This document shows positions 1-8,563 of a stretch of DNA of 64,000 bases, piece after piece; positions within the stretch are counted from its first letter, which is position 1; each line of letters opens with the position of its first letter. The translations under genes were made by a program, and so were the position numbers. The DNA lies in IMG/VR virus record IMGVR_UViG_3300021511_000252, positions 24,141 to 88,140 of that record; one strand, written 5' to 3'. The DNA is from a virus (lineage: Duplodnaviria > Caudoviricetes). Under the pieces are notes generated by a model. It ran no database searches, was not told the origin of the DNA, and worked only from the letters and a program-made list of their open reading frames with translations.

Positions 1-14
1 GCTTTTGTTATTGT

Positions 15-50
15 GGCCCTATATTATATGTTAGATATAGGGAACACAAG
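15..50 (-). promoter_or_regulatory. Early promoter motif copy (drives a gene left of the window)
   Basis: Minus strand CTTGTGTTCCCTATATCTAACATATAATAT; near-identical inverted copy at 5366-5401. Confidence 0.7.
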
Positions 51-57
51 CTTTATT

Positions 58-399
58 TTAACTCTTTTTAAAAGATTTTTCAACAGCTTCCCACACTTTA
101 AGCTCACTTTCATAACATTTCCTTCTACACCATAATCCATCCGCTTCTGTCCTATAGAGAAATTCTCCACATTTAGGACATCTAATATTGACTATGCCTA
201 AATTTGGATTCGATTTAACTTCTACTCCCGGATTTAAATGCTCAATTAGTTCAAAATTAACTTCTTGACTCCCCGTGTTATCTTCTATTGGAGGATAGGG
301 ATAATTATCGGCTTTCTTTATTGCCTCTTCTATATCAGAAGCTTCAATTTCCATTATCCCATACACTTCCCAATTTACAGGAATTTTAAAGACTGGCAT
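58..399 (-). CDS. Hypothetical protein with C-terminal zinc-finger-like motif
   Basis: 113-aa ORF with CPKC..C..C; downstream of the promoter motif at 434-470. Confidence 0.75.
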   Translation of the reverse strand: MPVFKIPVNWEVYGIMEIEASDIEEAIKKADNYPYPPIEDNTGSQEVNFELIEHLNPGVEVKSNPNLGIVNIRCPKCGEFLYRTEADGLWCRRKCYESELKVWEAVEKSFKKS

Positions 400-433
400 T
401 AATTTTCACCCCCTTTTTCTTTGCTTAAAGTAT

Positions 434-470
434 GGCCTATTATTAATGTTAGATATAAGGAACGCAAGGG
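434..470 (-). promoter_or_regulatory. Early promoter motif copy
   Basis: Minus strand CCCTTGCGTTCCTTATATCTAACATTAATAAT; TTGCGT -35-like box with conserved spacer. Confidence 0.7.
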
Positions 471-474
471 TTAT

Positions 475-672
475 TTAATCTGGAATGTCCTCTCTTTCAA
501 ATTTCTTCTTATAGAACTGAGCTTCATTTTTTGAACATCCAGAAACTACAGGTTTCGCTTGTCCATAAAAGATTTGAGAACCCTTTTTCTTAACATCTTT
601 CCGGTAAAAAACGGCCCAAGAACATTCATCATCTCCATCAAATCTTTTGATCACGAATTTAGATCTTACCAT
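475..672 (-). CDS. Hypothetical protein
   Basis: 65-aa ORF with AGAAGGAAGG upstream; fits the tightly packed run of early genes. Confidence 0.7.
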   Translation of the reverse strand: MVRSKFVIKRFDGDDECSWAVFYRKDVKKKGSQIFYGQAKPVVSGCSKNEAQFYKKKFEREDIPD

Positions 673-749
673 ACCGACCTTCTTCCTCAGAACATTTGAT
701 CTTTCTTCTTTCTCTCTCTAACGTTCAATTATAAAAAAAGGCGAGAGAA

Positions 750-941
750 TTATTTCTCAGGAAGCTTTAGTTCCTTAACTAACTCTCTGGCATAATTAGA
801 AACGGTATCGTCTAATCGATAAAAAGCTTCAACTTTCTTTACGGTTCCTAACTTTTTCACCTTCTTCTCAATAAAGGCTTTTTGATCTTTCTCAAGCTTT
901 AGTTTTTCTTTCTTCTTCTTTGGCATTATCCTTCTCCCCAT
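750..941 (-). CDS. Hypothetical basic protein
   Basis: 63-aa Lys-rich ORF, coupled to the upstream gene. Confidence 0.65.
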   Translation of the reverse strand: MGRRIMPKKKKEKLKLEKDQKAFIEKKVKKLGTVKKVEAFYRLDDTVSNYARELVKELKLPEK

Positions 942-1192
942 AAGACTTTAAGAACTTCTCCTGGATTAGCCATCCAATCTTTAAACCTTTTATATTCATA
1001 GACTTCTTGTAAGGTTAGTCCCAAAAAATCAACAAAGGAATAGTTATGGGCAATCATTTCTTGAAAGTCAAAGGGGAAAAGGGGGACATGGGTCTCGTCT
1101 TCTAGAATTCCACATACTCCCAGTTCCCCCCCAACATCTTCAACTATGAGGCCAACAACAACTTCTCTATCTGAACTATCAAATTCTTCCAC
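926..1192 (-). CDS. Hypothetical protein
   Basis: 88-aa ORF, GTG start with an RBS. Confidence 0.65.
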   Translation of the reverse strand: MEEFDSSDREVVVGLIVEDVGGELGVCGILEDETHVPLFPFDFQEMIAHNYSFVDFLGLTLQEVYEYKRFKDWMANPGEVLKVLWGEG

Positions 1193-1201
1193 ACTTTCCC
1201 C

Positions 1202-1696
1202 CTATAATAAGTTTCTTCTAACAGGACTAAGATGATCCACCAACCCCACCGCCCGCAGAATATCCACTTCGGTATTTGCCACTTTCTTCCCTTCCGAATC
1301 TAATAGTCCATACTGAGAGAGCCTGAACCCCATCTCCTTAGCTCTTACCCGACATTTGATATTAAACACCTTACTGCCTGTAGAATGAAGAACCGCAGAA
1401 TCAAAATAGTCATCTCCAACTATCATAAAATCTACTTGAATAGGGATTCCCCCCTTAAGAATAATTCTACAAGACTTATTTCCATCCGTTAAAACCTCTT
1501 CAGCTAAAGATTTAATAGAGGACTTAAGAATCTCTAAATCTGCAGGAACTACAACGAAATCAAGATCCCCTACGGTCTTACATTCTCTTCTAAAAGACCC
1601 ACAGAGACAAAGTCTTTTATAACCATCTAAGGATTTAGTTATAAGAATAGAAGCTTTTTCTGCATCACCATAGCTAAATCTTCCTTTTCTCGCCAT
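1202..1696 (-). CDS. polX: Minimal X-family DNA polymerase (palm + thumb only, ASFV PolX-like architecture)
   Basis: GSFRR..GDLDF, third Asp in QVDFMI, TGS..FN..CR.RAKEMGFRLSQYGL thumb motif; only 164 aa. Confidence 0.9.
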   Translation of the reverse strand: MARKGRFSYGDAEKASILITKSLDGYKRLCLCGSFRRECKTVGDLDFVVVPADLEILKSSIKSLAEEVLTDGNKSCRIILKGGIPIQVDFMIVGDDYFDSAVLHSTGSKVFNIKCRVRAKEMGFRLSQYGLLDSEGKKVANTEVDILRAVGLVDHLSPVRRNLL

Positions 1697-1732
1697 TTTC
1701 TTTACACCCCCTTTCTTTTGTTATTATTTACC

Positions 1733-1766
1733 TAACAATAATATACAGAGATAAGGAATGCAAGGG
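1733..1766 (-). promoter_or_regulatory. Early promoter motif copy upstream of polX
   Basis: Minus strand CCCTTGCATTCCTTATCTCTGTATATATTATT. Confidence 0.65.
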
Positions 1767-2051
1767 TTATTTATAATCATATTTTTTAAAAGATTCTTCA
1801 ATTTCTTTAAGCTGATCTTGTGAAAGATTAACAACCCGAGGAGCACCGACTTTAGCACAGGAAATTTCCCAAGATTCATTCTCTAAATATAAACTTTCAC
1901 CTTCTAATCTATAATAATGAGAATGATGCTTAGTTGAATTTCTTAACATACCATGAGGATGAGAAGATACATAAGGGAGAGCCTTCTCTCCCGTAGGACG
2001 AACTAAGAAAAATTCATTATTATATACTCCTCCAGCTATAAAGATAGACAC
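1767..2051 (-). CDS. Hypothetical protein
   Basis: 94-aa ORF, GGGGG RBS-like site upstream. Confidence 0.65.
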   Translation of the reverse strand: MSIFIAGGVYNNEFFLVRPTGEKALPYVSSHPHGMLRNSTKHHSHYYRLEGESLYLENESWEISCAKVGAPRVVNLSQDQLKEIEESFKKYDYK

Positions 2052-2069
2052 TGGCTTATACCCCCTTTT

Positions 2070-2246
2070 TTAGTCTAAATCGCTACCATCTTCCTTGCAA
2101 CACTTCACAATATATATATTTTCAGGTTGCATAAGGCCAAAATGATTTTCTGCATCATTTTGAGCATCAATAAAGTTCTCGTACACCTGTGGTTCTTCCG
2201 CCTCCACAGGAATCCAACAATCTATTCTCCAAAATTTCTTAGCCAT
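2070..2246 (-). CDS. Small hypothetical protein (below ORF-track cutoff)
   Basis: Hand-translated MAKKFWRIDCWIPVEAEEPQVYENF...DGSDLD*, 58 aa, AGGGAG RBS. Confidence 0.6.
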   Translation of the reverse strand: MAKKFWRIDCWIPVEAEEPQVYENFIDAQNDAENHFGLMQPENIYIVKCCKEDGSDLD

Positions 2247-2380
2247 AAGATTCTTTTCTCCTATTATAGCTTATTAAAGTTTCCTATTCATCGATTCATC
2301 ATTGCAATAGTGTTTATAGGAACACCTTCATCAAAGATTTTTCTTCTATCTTCATAATTCCTTCTTCATCTATAAGAAAA

Positions 2381-2578
2381 CTACTCTGATCTCTCCCCTA
2401 CTATCTCCTCAAAACTAATAGTTATTTCTTCTGGAGTTTTGCTCCCTTTGGGAATATAAATTGTTCCCACTATTCCTTCTTTATTATTATCAATAAGGAA
2501 CCTACGAAACCTTTTTGAATCTTTTTCAAATGTCGCTGTAATCTCTGCCCTTTCTTCTGTCTTGACTTTCTTTCCCAT
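2381..2578 (-). CDS. Hypothetical protein
   Basis: 65-aa ORF with AGGAG RBS. Confidence 0.7.
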   Translation of the reverse strand: MGKKVKTEERAEITATFEKDSKRFRRFLIDNNKEGIVGTIYIPKGSKTPEEITISFEEIVGERSE

Positions 2579-2740
2579 TTTAATTCTCCTTTCTTTAAAG
2601 GTTAATAAAAATTACATCATCCATATCATTCTAATTACACTAATAACAATTATAAGAAGAATGACAAAAATCCCAGTCCAAAATAATTTTACCCACAGTT
2701 CACCTTCCTTTGCATTACTTTCCCTTACATTATTTTGCAC

Positions 2741-2774
2741 TTAATATATATGGCAGATATTAGGAACGCAAGGG
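2741..2774 (-). promoter_or_regulatory. Early promoter motif copy
   Basis: Minus strand CCCTTGCGTTCCTAATATCTGCCATATATATT. Confidence 0.7.
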
Positions 2775-2779
2775 TTTTT

Positions 2780-3007
2780 TTAGTTATTTGCAATAACAAT
2801 TTCGCCACTACCTGAATAAACCTTTCCTTTTTGAATATAGAAATGAGGAACAGTCTTTTTCTTTATTTCTTCTTTCAGTAAAGCAATCTCCCTACCATGC
2901 TCTTCATAATGAGAAGAAACTTGAAGCTCTTGATCTTTAGAGAGAAAAAGAACGGAAACTAATAAACTTCCAAGAAGAATAAACGCACAAATATCTTCAC
3001 ACTTCAT
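2780..3007 (-). CDS. Small membrane-anchored hypothetical protein
   Basis: N-terminal hydrophobic stretch AFILLGSLLVSVLFL. Confidence 0.65.
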   Translation of the reverse strand: MKCEDICAFILLGSLLVSVLFLSKDQELQVSSHYEEHGREIALLKEEIKKKTVPHFYIQKGKVYSGSGEIVIANN

Positions 3008-3232
3008 CTAATCACCCCCTTTCTTCTTTTTCTTCTTCTTTAACTTCTTCTTTTTTAACTTCTTTTTAATAGATTTCCGAAGCTTTTCTATTTCTTTTTG
3101 AAAGATTTCTTGCCCCTCTTCCGAAAGACGTTTAGAAGCATATTCATCTAATCTCTTAATTACTTTCTTCTTCTCAGAAACTGGAAGCTTTAAAATCATT
3201 TTGTCTATTTTTCTTGCCCTTTCTTTTTCCAC
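3008..3232 (-). CDS. Lys-rich hypothetical protein
   Basis: 74-aa ORF with poly-K C-terminus. Confidence 0.65.
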   Translation of the reverse strand: MEKERARKIDKMILKLPVSEKKKVIKRLDEYASKRLSEEGQEIFQKEIEKLRKSIKKKLKKKKLKKKKKKKGGD

Positions 3233-3438
3233 CCCTTCCCCCCTTCTTGAACATACGGATTTATACCAAGGGTTCCTTTAATTAACAAAGATTTAACTAA
3301 CTTAGGATGAGTCTTATAGGTGAAATCAATTATCCTTTGGTCATTTAAAAAAGCTCTTCCTCTTTTAAGATAAGTGTTAAAGAGAAAGAACCCCCTTTGT
3401 GTATTTAAAAAATATTGTCCATGCCTAAATTTCATCAC
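3205..3438 (-). CDS. Hypothetical protein
   Basis: 77-aa ORF, first gene after the promoter at 3467-3501, GAGG RBS. Confidence 0.6.
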   Translation of the reverse strand: MMKFRHGQYFLNTQRGFFLFNTYLKRGRAFLNDQRIIDFTYKTHPKLVKSLLIKGTLGINPYVQEGGKGWKKKGQEK

Positions 3439-3466
3439 ATTTTAACCTCTTTAAATAATATATGCT

Positions 3467-3501
3467 TTATACTATATAACAGATATAAAGAACGCAAGGG
3501 G
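3467..3501 (-). promoter_or_regulatory. Leftward early promoter at the divergence point
   Basis: TTGCGT-N17-TAGTAT on the minus strand with the shared TTC..ATATCT spacer. Confidence 0.75.
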
Positions 3502-3508
3502 TTTTATA

Positions 3509-3535
3509 CGCATTACCCGCATTACCCGTATTATA
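3509..3535. repeat. Short direct repeat in the divergent control region
   Basis: CGCATTACC x2 followed by degenerate CGTATTATA. Confidence 0.6.
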
Positions 3536-3620
3536 ATGTTAGACTTGTAGAATAGTATTTTCCCAAGAAGTCCCAAATTAGAGAAGCAGTATAATACTAT
3601 ATGAATACTTTAAATTAAAG

Positions 3621-3650
3621 CTTGCTTTCCTAACTTCCTTAATGTATTAA
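3621..3650 (+). promoter_or_regulatory. Rightward promoter at the divergence point
   Basis: TTGCTT-N17-TATTAA upstream of the 3706 ORF; spacer resembles that of the 8510 copy. Confidence 0.6.
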
Positions 3651-3705
3651 ACCTTTAAAGCATTATACTGTTTTCACAATAAACCACTTCAAAGAAAGGA
3701 GACCA

Positions 3706-4116
3706 ATGGAAGAATTACGATTAAGATTTTTCGAAGAACTTAAATCCAAAATTGAGAGGAGAATTAAGAGCCCCATTATTCTATTTTCCAGACCTAAAAA
3801 TGGAGAAACGATTAAATTAAATGGAGTTGTTTTATACAAGATTCTTAGAGTTCCTAATCCCTGGAAAAAAAGGGGGGTCGCTGTTTATAAACGGCTTACA
3901 GATTCTGCCCTTGATGTTATCGGAGGAAGAAGATCTAAAGGAAGAAATAAATGGATAGGGTGTGCTTTAACAGAAGCAAATTATTCTATTCTTATGGAAA
4001 TCCTACTTGAAACTTGCGAAAAGGCAACTATCTCGAGAGGGATAAAGATGAAAGATAAGCATACTGGAATAATTCAAAAACCTAAAAAAATTAATCTTAA
4101 AAAAGGAGAGAAATGA
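3706..4116 (+). CDS. Hypothetical protein
   Basis: 136-aa ORF, AAGGAG RBS. Confidence 0.8.
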   Translation: MEELRLRFFEELKSKIERRIKSPIILFSRPKNGETIKLNGVVLYKILRVPNPWKKRGVAVYKRLTDSALDVIGGRRSKGRNKWIGCALTEANYSILMEILLETCEKATISRGIKMKDKHTGIIQKPKKINLKKGEK

Positions 4117-4589
4117 TGGGAGAAAAAACAAAGAAAGAAGAAATTTGGGAAGAACTTAAAGCAATGGAAAAAGACACACCCATTAACATGGTTTCTTTAT
4201 CCAAGAAAATTGGATGTAGTATAAGCTATCTAAGTTCAATGTTCAGATATGCATTAGAAAGTGGATTCCTTAAATTTCATGAAAGTGGAAATTATGAAAT
4301 AAGAAAAATTCCTAATTATCCTAAGTTTCAAAAATCAATTAATGCGATGTATAAAAAATATAGAAAAGAAACCGGAGGCCCAAGAGGTTCAAGGCCAAGA
4401 AGAAAAATGATTCCAAAAGACTTTAAGTTTGAAATCAACAAAGATTCTATTGTTAATATAATCAAAGCCCTAATTCAAGAAAACAAAGAACTCAAAGAAA
4501 AAGTAAAAAAGCTTCTTAAATATTCAAAGCTTCTTAAAGAAAAAATAGACCAAGAAAAAGAAACTTTCTTTGAAGAAGAAATAGACTAA
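4113..4589 (+). CDS. Winged-HTH-like protein with C-terminal coiled coil
   Basis: INMVSLSKKIGCSISYLSSMF HTH pattern plus wing; heptad-rich C-terminus. Confidence 0.6.
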   Translation: MMGEKTKKEEIWEELKAMEKDTPINMVSLSKKIGCSISYLSSMFRYALESGFLKFHESGNYEIRKIPNYPKFQKSINAMYKKYRKETGGPRGSRPRRKMIPKDFKFEINKDSIVNIIKALIQENKELKEKVKKLLKYSKLLKEKIDQEKETFFEEEID

Positions 4590-4607
4590 ATACATAATGA
4601 GGGGAAA

Positions 4608-5348
4608 ATGAAAAAGCTTAACCCGTTAAAAATTAGTTCTGAAGTAGACAGCAGGGCAAGAGTAGAATTTGTCCTTGAATATTTAGACGAATTTACTGCC
4701 TCTTTTTCAATTCCTTTTATGGATAACCTCTATTCTAAAATTTCAAGAACGAAACTAATTACATTAAATCAGATAAGAGAAATAGAAAAAAGGGCAGAAC
4801 ATATTCCCATAAAGGAAATAGAGACTCCTGAAATCTACATATGTAAATATTGGACTCTTCTTTTTCAAATATCTTTTTCTTTAAAAAGAAAGCTTTACAG
4901 TAGAAATCAAGAAAAAGAATTATTAGAAAATCTTTTTGACTTTTTTGTTGAAAGGGGATACTTAACACAAAAACAAATAAATCTTATAAAATTTACTCTT
5001 CCTAAAGAAATAACTAAAATGGCTTCTGGATATATCGCGGCAACCGATCCTTCTATAATAATGAGAGATTTTAGCACCACCTTACACGTTGTCTGCAGAA
5101 AAATTAATTCCTTTATTTCTATTAACTATGCCGAAAACGAATTTAATAAACATCCCATTACAAAAATTTTGTTAGCGCTCTTACCTATTATGTCTTCTTA
5201 TAAAAAAAGAAAAGGATCATCCCCTATGGAAGAAAAGAAAAATGAAGAATCTTTAATCATTAAATCGCCTGAAAAAGAAAAGAAACCTCTGATTCCAAAA
5301 GAATTTCTTTCTTTAAGAGAAATGAGAAGAACTCTAATGATTAATTAA
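4608..5348 (+). CDS. Hypothetical protein
   Basis: 246-aa ORF, GAGGGG RBS. Confidence 0.8.
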   Translation: MKKLNPLKISSEVDSRARVEFVLEYLDEFTASFSIPFMDNLYSKISRTKLITLNQIREIEKRAEHIPIKEIETPEIYICKYWTLLFQISFSLKRKLYSRNQEKELLENLFDFFVERGYLTQKQINLIKFTLPKEITKMASGYIAATDPSIIMRDFSTTLHVVCRKINSFISINYAENEFNKHPITKILLALLPIMSSYKKRKGSSPMEEKKNEESLIIKSPEKEKKPLIPKEFLSLREMRRTLMIN

Positions 5349-5365
5349 TATGTACCTAAAAAAAA

Positions 5366-5401
5366 CTTGCGTTCCCTATATCTAACATATAATATAGTGG
5401 C
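5366..5401 (+). promoter_or_regulatory. Early promoter motif copy
   Basis: CTTGCGTTCCCTATATCTAACATATAATATAG; inverted near-identical twin of 15-50. Confidence 0.75.
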
Positions 5402-5445
5402 ATAAACAAAATTAAGAAAAATTAAAACAAAGGGGGTGAAAAGAA

Positions 5446-6144
5446 TTGGTAAACTGTGGAAAAACAGAATTTGATGCAAATTCTAAAGACTGCCTTTCCT
5501 GCGAAAAAAATCTCAAATGCCTTAGTGACTTTGTCACAAAATTAGGGTGTAAGCTTGGAAATATTTGTTCAGACTCAGAAAATCGTTACAATGGGACATG
5601 TTCTGCGAAACAGGGTTCTATTTGTGCCGAAATGTATGAATTTAGACTTGCAAAAGCCCAAGCAGACTGTGACAAGTTTGGTTTTCCTGGAGAAAAAAGC
5701 TTGGAAGAATGTCTCTTATGTGATTTGCAAAGATTTAGAGAATGCGAAAGTTGGAACCTATCTTTTCGTAATCTTGATCTAACAAAAGATGAAGGGAGGA
5801 AAATTTATGAAGAAGAGTTAGAAACTTTCAAATTTGAAAGCGGAAGTTGTTTAGGTCGCTTTCATTTTTTAGATTCCTGTTGGAAAGAATGTGATTATTG
5901 GTTAGAATGTATGCGAATGACAGGAATTAGACCTCAAAAAGATTGTGTTTTCTTTCCTGATGTTCTTGAAATTAAACAAACCTCTAAACTTAGATTAAAT
6001 TGTTCATCCTGTAAATTATCTGAAAAATGCTCTGGTCTTCTAAATGAAATGATTGAAGCTACTATAAGAAAACAAGAAGAAAAAAAACTCTTTAGGAACT
6101 TTTATTCTATTGAAGAAATCAGAGGAACCTTTATGGAGGATTAA
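5446..6144 (+). CDS. Cys-rich protein with four 4-Cys modules
   Basis: About 20 Cys; repeated C-xn-C-x2/3-C-x5/7-C units. Confidence 0.75.
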   Translation: MVNCGKTEFDANSKDCLSCEKNLKCLSDFVTKLGCKLGNICSDSENRYNGTCSAKQGSICAEMYEFRLAKAQADCDKFGFPGEKSLEECLLCDLQRFRECESWNLSFRNLDLTKDEGRKIYEEELETFKFESGSCLGRFHFLDSCWKECDYWLECMRMTGIRPQKDCVFFPDVLEIKQTSKLRLNCSSCKLSEKCSGLLNEMIEATIRKQEEKKLFRNFYSIEEIRGTFMED

Positions 6145-6147
6145 AAA

Positions 6148-6378
6148 ATGACAACTATGCCCAAAAAGAAAACAGCCAAAGGAAAAAACGAAATTCAGAT
6201 TTTATTTTCTGAACCTTTAAAACTTAACCAAACGGGAACAAGCTCTGTAGACATAAAGAGAAATTCTAAAGGAAGTACAGAATTTTCTGTTAAAGTCTAC
6301 GCACTTTCCCCAAAGGACGCAGAAAGAGAAGCTACCAAGATATACAATTCTCTCAGAAAACAATATCCGGTAGACTAA
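6148..6378 (+). CDS. Hypothetical protein
   Basis: 76-aa ORF, GGAGG RBS. Confidence 0.75.
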   Translation: MTTMPKKKTAKGKNEIQILFSEPLKLNQTGTSSVDIKRNSKGSTEFSVKVYALSPKDAEREATKIYNSLRKQYPVD

Positions 6379-6803
6379 TGGCTTTACGACCTAAAACACA
6401 AACAGATAATACCGGCACAAAATATCATCTGATCTCTGGAATAAACATAGAATGTTCCGGACAAGATTGTGCCTTTTGCCAAGGAGAAACAGACATCTCT
6501 TTTCATGATTGGGAGAATTCTATTCCATTTCCTATCCCCCAGAAAGGGAAACGTTACAAAAACCCTCTTATTCAAAAAAATAGAGGCAAAACTATTATGG
6601 AGATCTGTTATACTTGCAAAAAGATTCCATGTTATATTTGCCGCAGAACTAAATGTCCTAAATGGATGAAAGAAGAACATTTTAAAGGACAAGAAAGAGG
6701 ATGTGAAAGTTGGGAAAATGGTCGTTGTTCTGAATTCTCCTGCGAATTTAATCTCATTCGTACTCATTGGAAGGGGAAAGAAAATGACCGAGGTAGGATA
6801 TGA
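6378..6803 (+). CDS. Cys-rich hypothetical (probable zinc-binding) protein
   Basis: Several CxxC motifs; TAATG stop/start overlap with the upstream gene. Confidence 0.7.
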   Translation: MALRPKTQTDNTGTKYHLISGINIECSGQDCAFCQGETDISFHDWENSIPFPIPQKGKRYKNPLIQKNRGKTIMEICYTCKKIPCYICRRTKCPKWMKEEHFKGQERGCESWENGRCSEFSCEFNLIRTHWKGKENDRGRI

Positions 6804-7419
6804 CTTCTATGAAGAAGAATTAAAAAGACTCTATAGTAAAATCAAAAAAGAGTTTGAAACGGAAATAGTTAAGTTCCTAAAAAAAGAACAAATTCTCCCT
6901 AACACAGATAAGTATAATGTTGAGCAAGACTTTCTAGAAATAGATAAGTGGAGAATTTCAACAACAGGACAAAAGACCTATACTTCAGAAGCTTCTATTT
7001 TAGAAAAAGAAGATATAAAGAATATTAAAGGTTGTCTTACCCTAACTAAAAATGGATTAAAGATTTATCCATCTTTTCTCTTTGAATTTGATGCCACTAA
7101 TTCAAAATTCTCATTTAATCCAGAAGAGGTAAAGAAAATAATAGCCAAAGACATTAAGAGAGAATCCTGGTCTATCTACTCTTTGCTTGGAGAGGAAAGA
7201 ACTTTAAACGTCTACAATAGGAAGAAAGAAGAGCAATTAAAGAAGTTACAGAAAGATGCTATACCTCTTCTTAAGGGAGTAGGGTTTTCAGAAGACGAAT
7301 CGAACCTAATGGTTGTTGGAGCTTTAAAGCATAACCAATTTAAAGACGATATGACCCCAGAGGGGCTGGTAGGCTTGGCACTAAGGGTTCGTGGAGAAAT
7401 TCTTACGAATACTAAATAG
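6784..7419 (+). CDS. Hypothetical protein
   Basis: Start re-called at ATG 6784 (MTEVGYDF) after GGGG RBS; the track extension to 6703 overlaps the previous gene. Confidence 0.75.
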   Translation: MTEVGYDFYEEELKRLYSKIKKEFETEIVKFLKKEQILPNTDKYNVEQDFLEIDKWRISTTGQKTYTSEASILEKEDIKNIKGCLTLTKNGLKIYPSFLFEFDATNSKFSFNPEEVKKIIAKDIKRESWSIYSLLGEERTLNVYNRKKEEQLKKLQKDAIPLLKGVGFSEDESNLMVVGALKHNQFKDDMTPEGLVGLALRVRGEILTNTK

Positions 7420-7420
7420 G

Positions 7421-7456
7421 CCCTTGCATTCTTAATATCTAACATTTATTATAGGC
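7421..7456 (+). promoter_or_regulatory. Early promoter motif copy
   Basis: TTGCAT-N17-TATTAT with TTCTTAATATCTAACAT spacer. Confidence 0.75.
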
Positions 7457-7480
7457 TAAATTTAAACAAAGGAGGTAATA

Positions 7481-8503
7481 ATGGCGAAATTCCGAATAGG
7501 AAAGGCTGAAGTAGATGTACGGTCTGACCCAAATGGAAAATGTATCAATTTCGGTAAAGCCCGATGCGTTCACCATAAATTAGGGAAAGAACAAAAAGCT
7601 CTTCCTAAAACTAAGAGATGTAAAGGGAAAAACAAAAAGTGTAAGTTCTTTATTGGAGAATCTGCGTTTGTTCCGCAGTTCGACCAAGACTATCTTCTTC
7701 CAGATAAAGAAACTGAAACTTTAGCTTTTGCGTTACAAACCGGAGATAACCTTTTATTTTCAGGAATTCCTGGCGTTGGGAAGACCAGTCTTGTGAAACA
7801 ATTAGCGGCGATCTTAAATTGGGGGGTTATCCAATTTTCTTGTAGTGAAGAAACAAGTTCTGCAAAGCTTTTAGGACAATGGGTTGTTGCAGGAAAACAA
7901 ATGGAATGGAACGATGGCTATATTACAACAGCTATGAAAAGAGGGTTTATTCTTCTTGAAGATGAAGCAGACTTTATGAGACCTGAACTTCGTGGGGAAT
8001 TACATTCTATTATGGAAGATAAAGGAACTGTAATTTTATCAGCATTACACCCCGAAAGTAAGAAACCATTTCAAGAAGTCGTTACTAAACATCCTAACTT
8101 TAGATGGATATCTACCGCTAATACTATAGGATTAGGTGATGACTTGTTTCAATATCATGGCGTACAATATTTCAATGCCGCCGCAAGAGATAGATATTCT
8201 CTAATTATCAAATTTCAAAACAAAGCCCCTGAAGAAGAAATTAAAATTCTTACAAAGAAAACAGGCATAGAAGAAGATTTAGCAAAGAAAATGGTTAAAA
8301 TCGCAAACGACTGTAGAAATGATGAATCGAAAGAAATTTTATTCCAGTTTTCTCTAAGAAGACTTATCAGTTGGGCAAACTATTGGAAAAAGATTGGACC
8401 TGATGCTTCTTCTGAATTGGCCGTCCTTAATTTCTGTAGCGATACAGACAGATACTATATTCAAGGTTTAATGCGAACTAATTTAGACATATTTAAAGAT
8501 TAA
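7481..8503 (+). CDS. MoxR/CobS-like AAA+ ATPase
   Basis: Walker A GIPGVGKT, Walker B LLEDEAD, ANT.G.G and AAARDRY motifs. Confidence 0.9.
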   Translation: MAKFRIGKAEVDVRSDPNGKCINFGKARCVHHKLGKEQKALPKTKRCKGKNKKCKFFIGESAFVPQFDQDYLLPDKETETLAFALQTGDNLLFSGIPGVGKTSLVKQLAAILNWGVIQFSCSEETSSAKLLGQWVVAGKQMEWNDGYITTAMKRGFILLEDEADFMRPELRGELHSIMEDKGTVILSALHPESKKPFQEVVTKHPNFRWISTANTIGLGDDLFQYHGVQYFNAAARDRYSLIIKFQNKAPEEEIKILTKKTGIEEDLAKKMVKIANDCRNDESKEILFQFSLRRLISWANYWKKIGPDASSELAVLNFCSDTDRYYIQGLMRTNLDIFKD

Positions 8504-8509
8504 AAATAA

Positions 8510-8547
8510 CCCTTGCAATCCAAAATTCCTTATATTATTATATAATA
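8510..8547 (+). promoter_or_regulatory. Promoter upstream of the vWA gene
   Basis: TTGCAA-N17-TATTAT. Confidence 0.65.
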
Positions 8548-8563
8548 AATTTACAAAAAGGAG

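Noticed and set aside
2290-2357. ORF 2127-2357 (+) and a possible frameshifted minus-strand peptide at 2290-2355
   Set aside because: The plus ORF opposes the operon and overlaps a better minus ORF; the peptide is too short to support.
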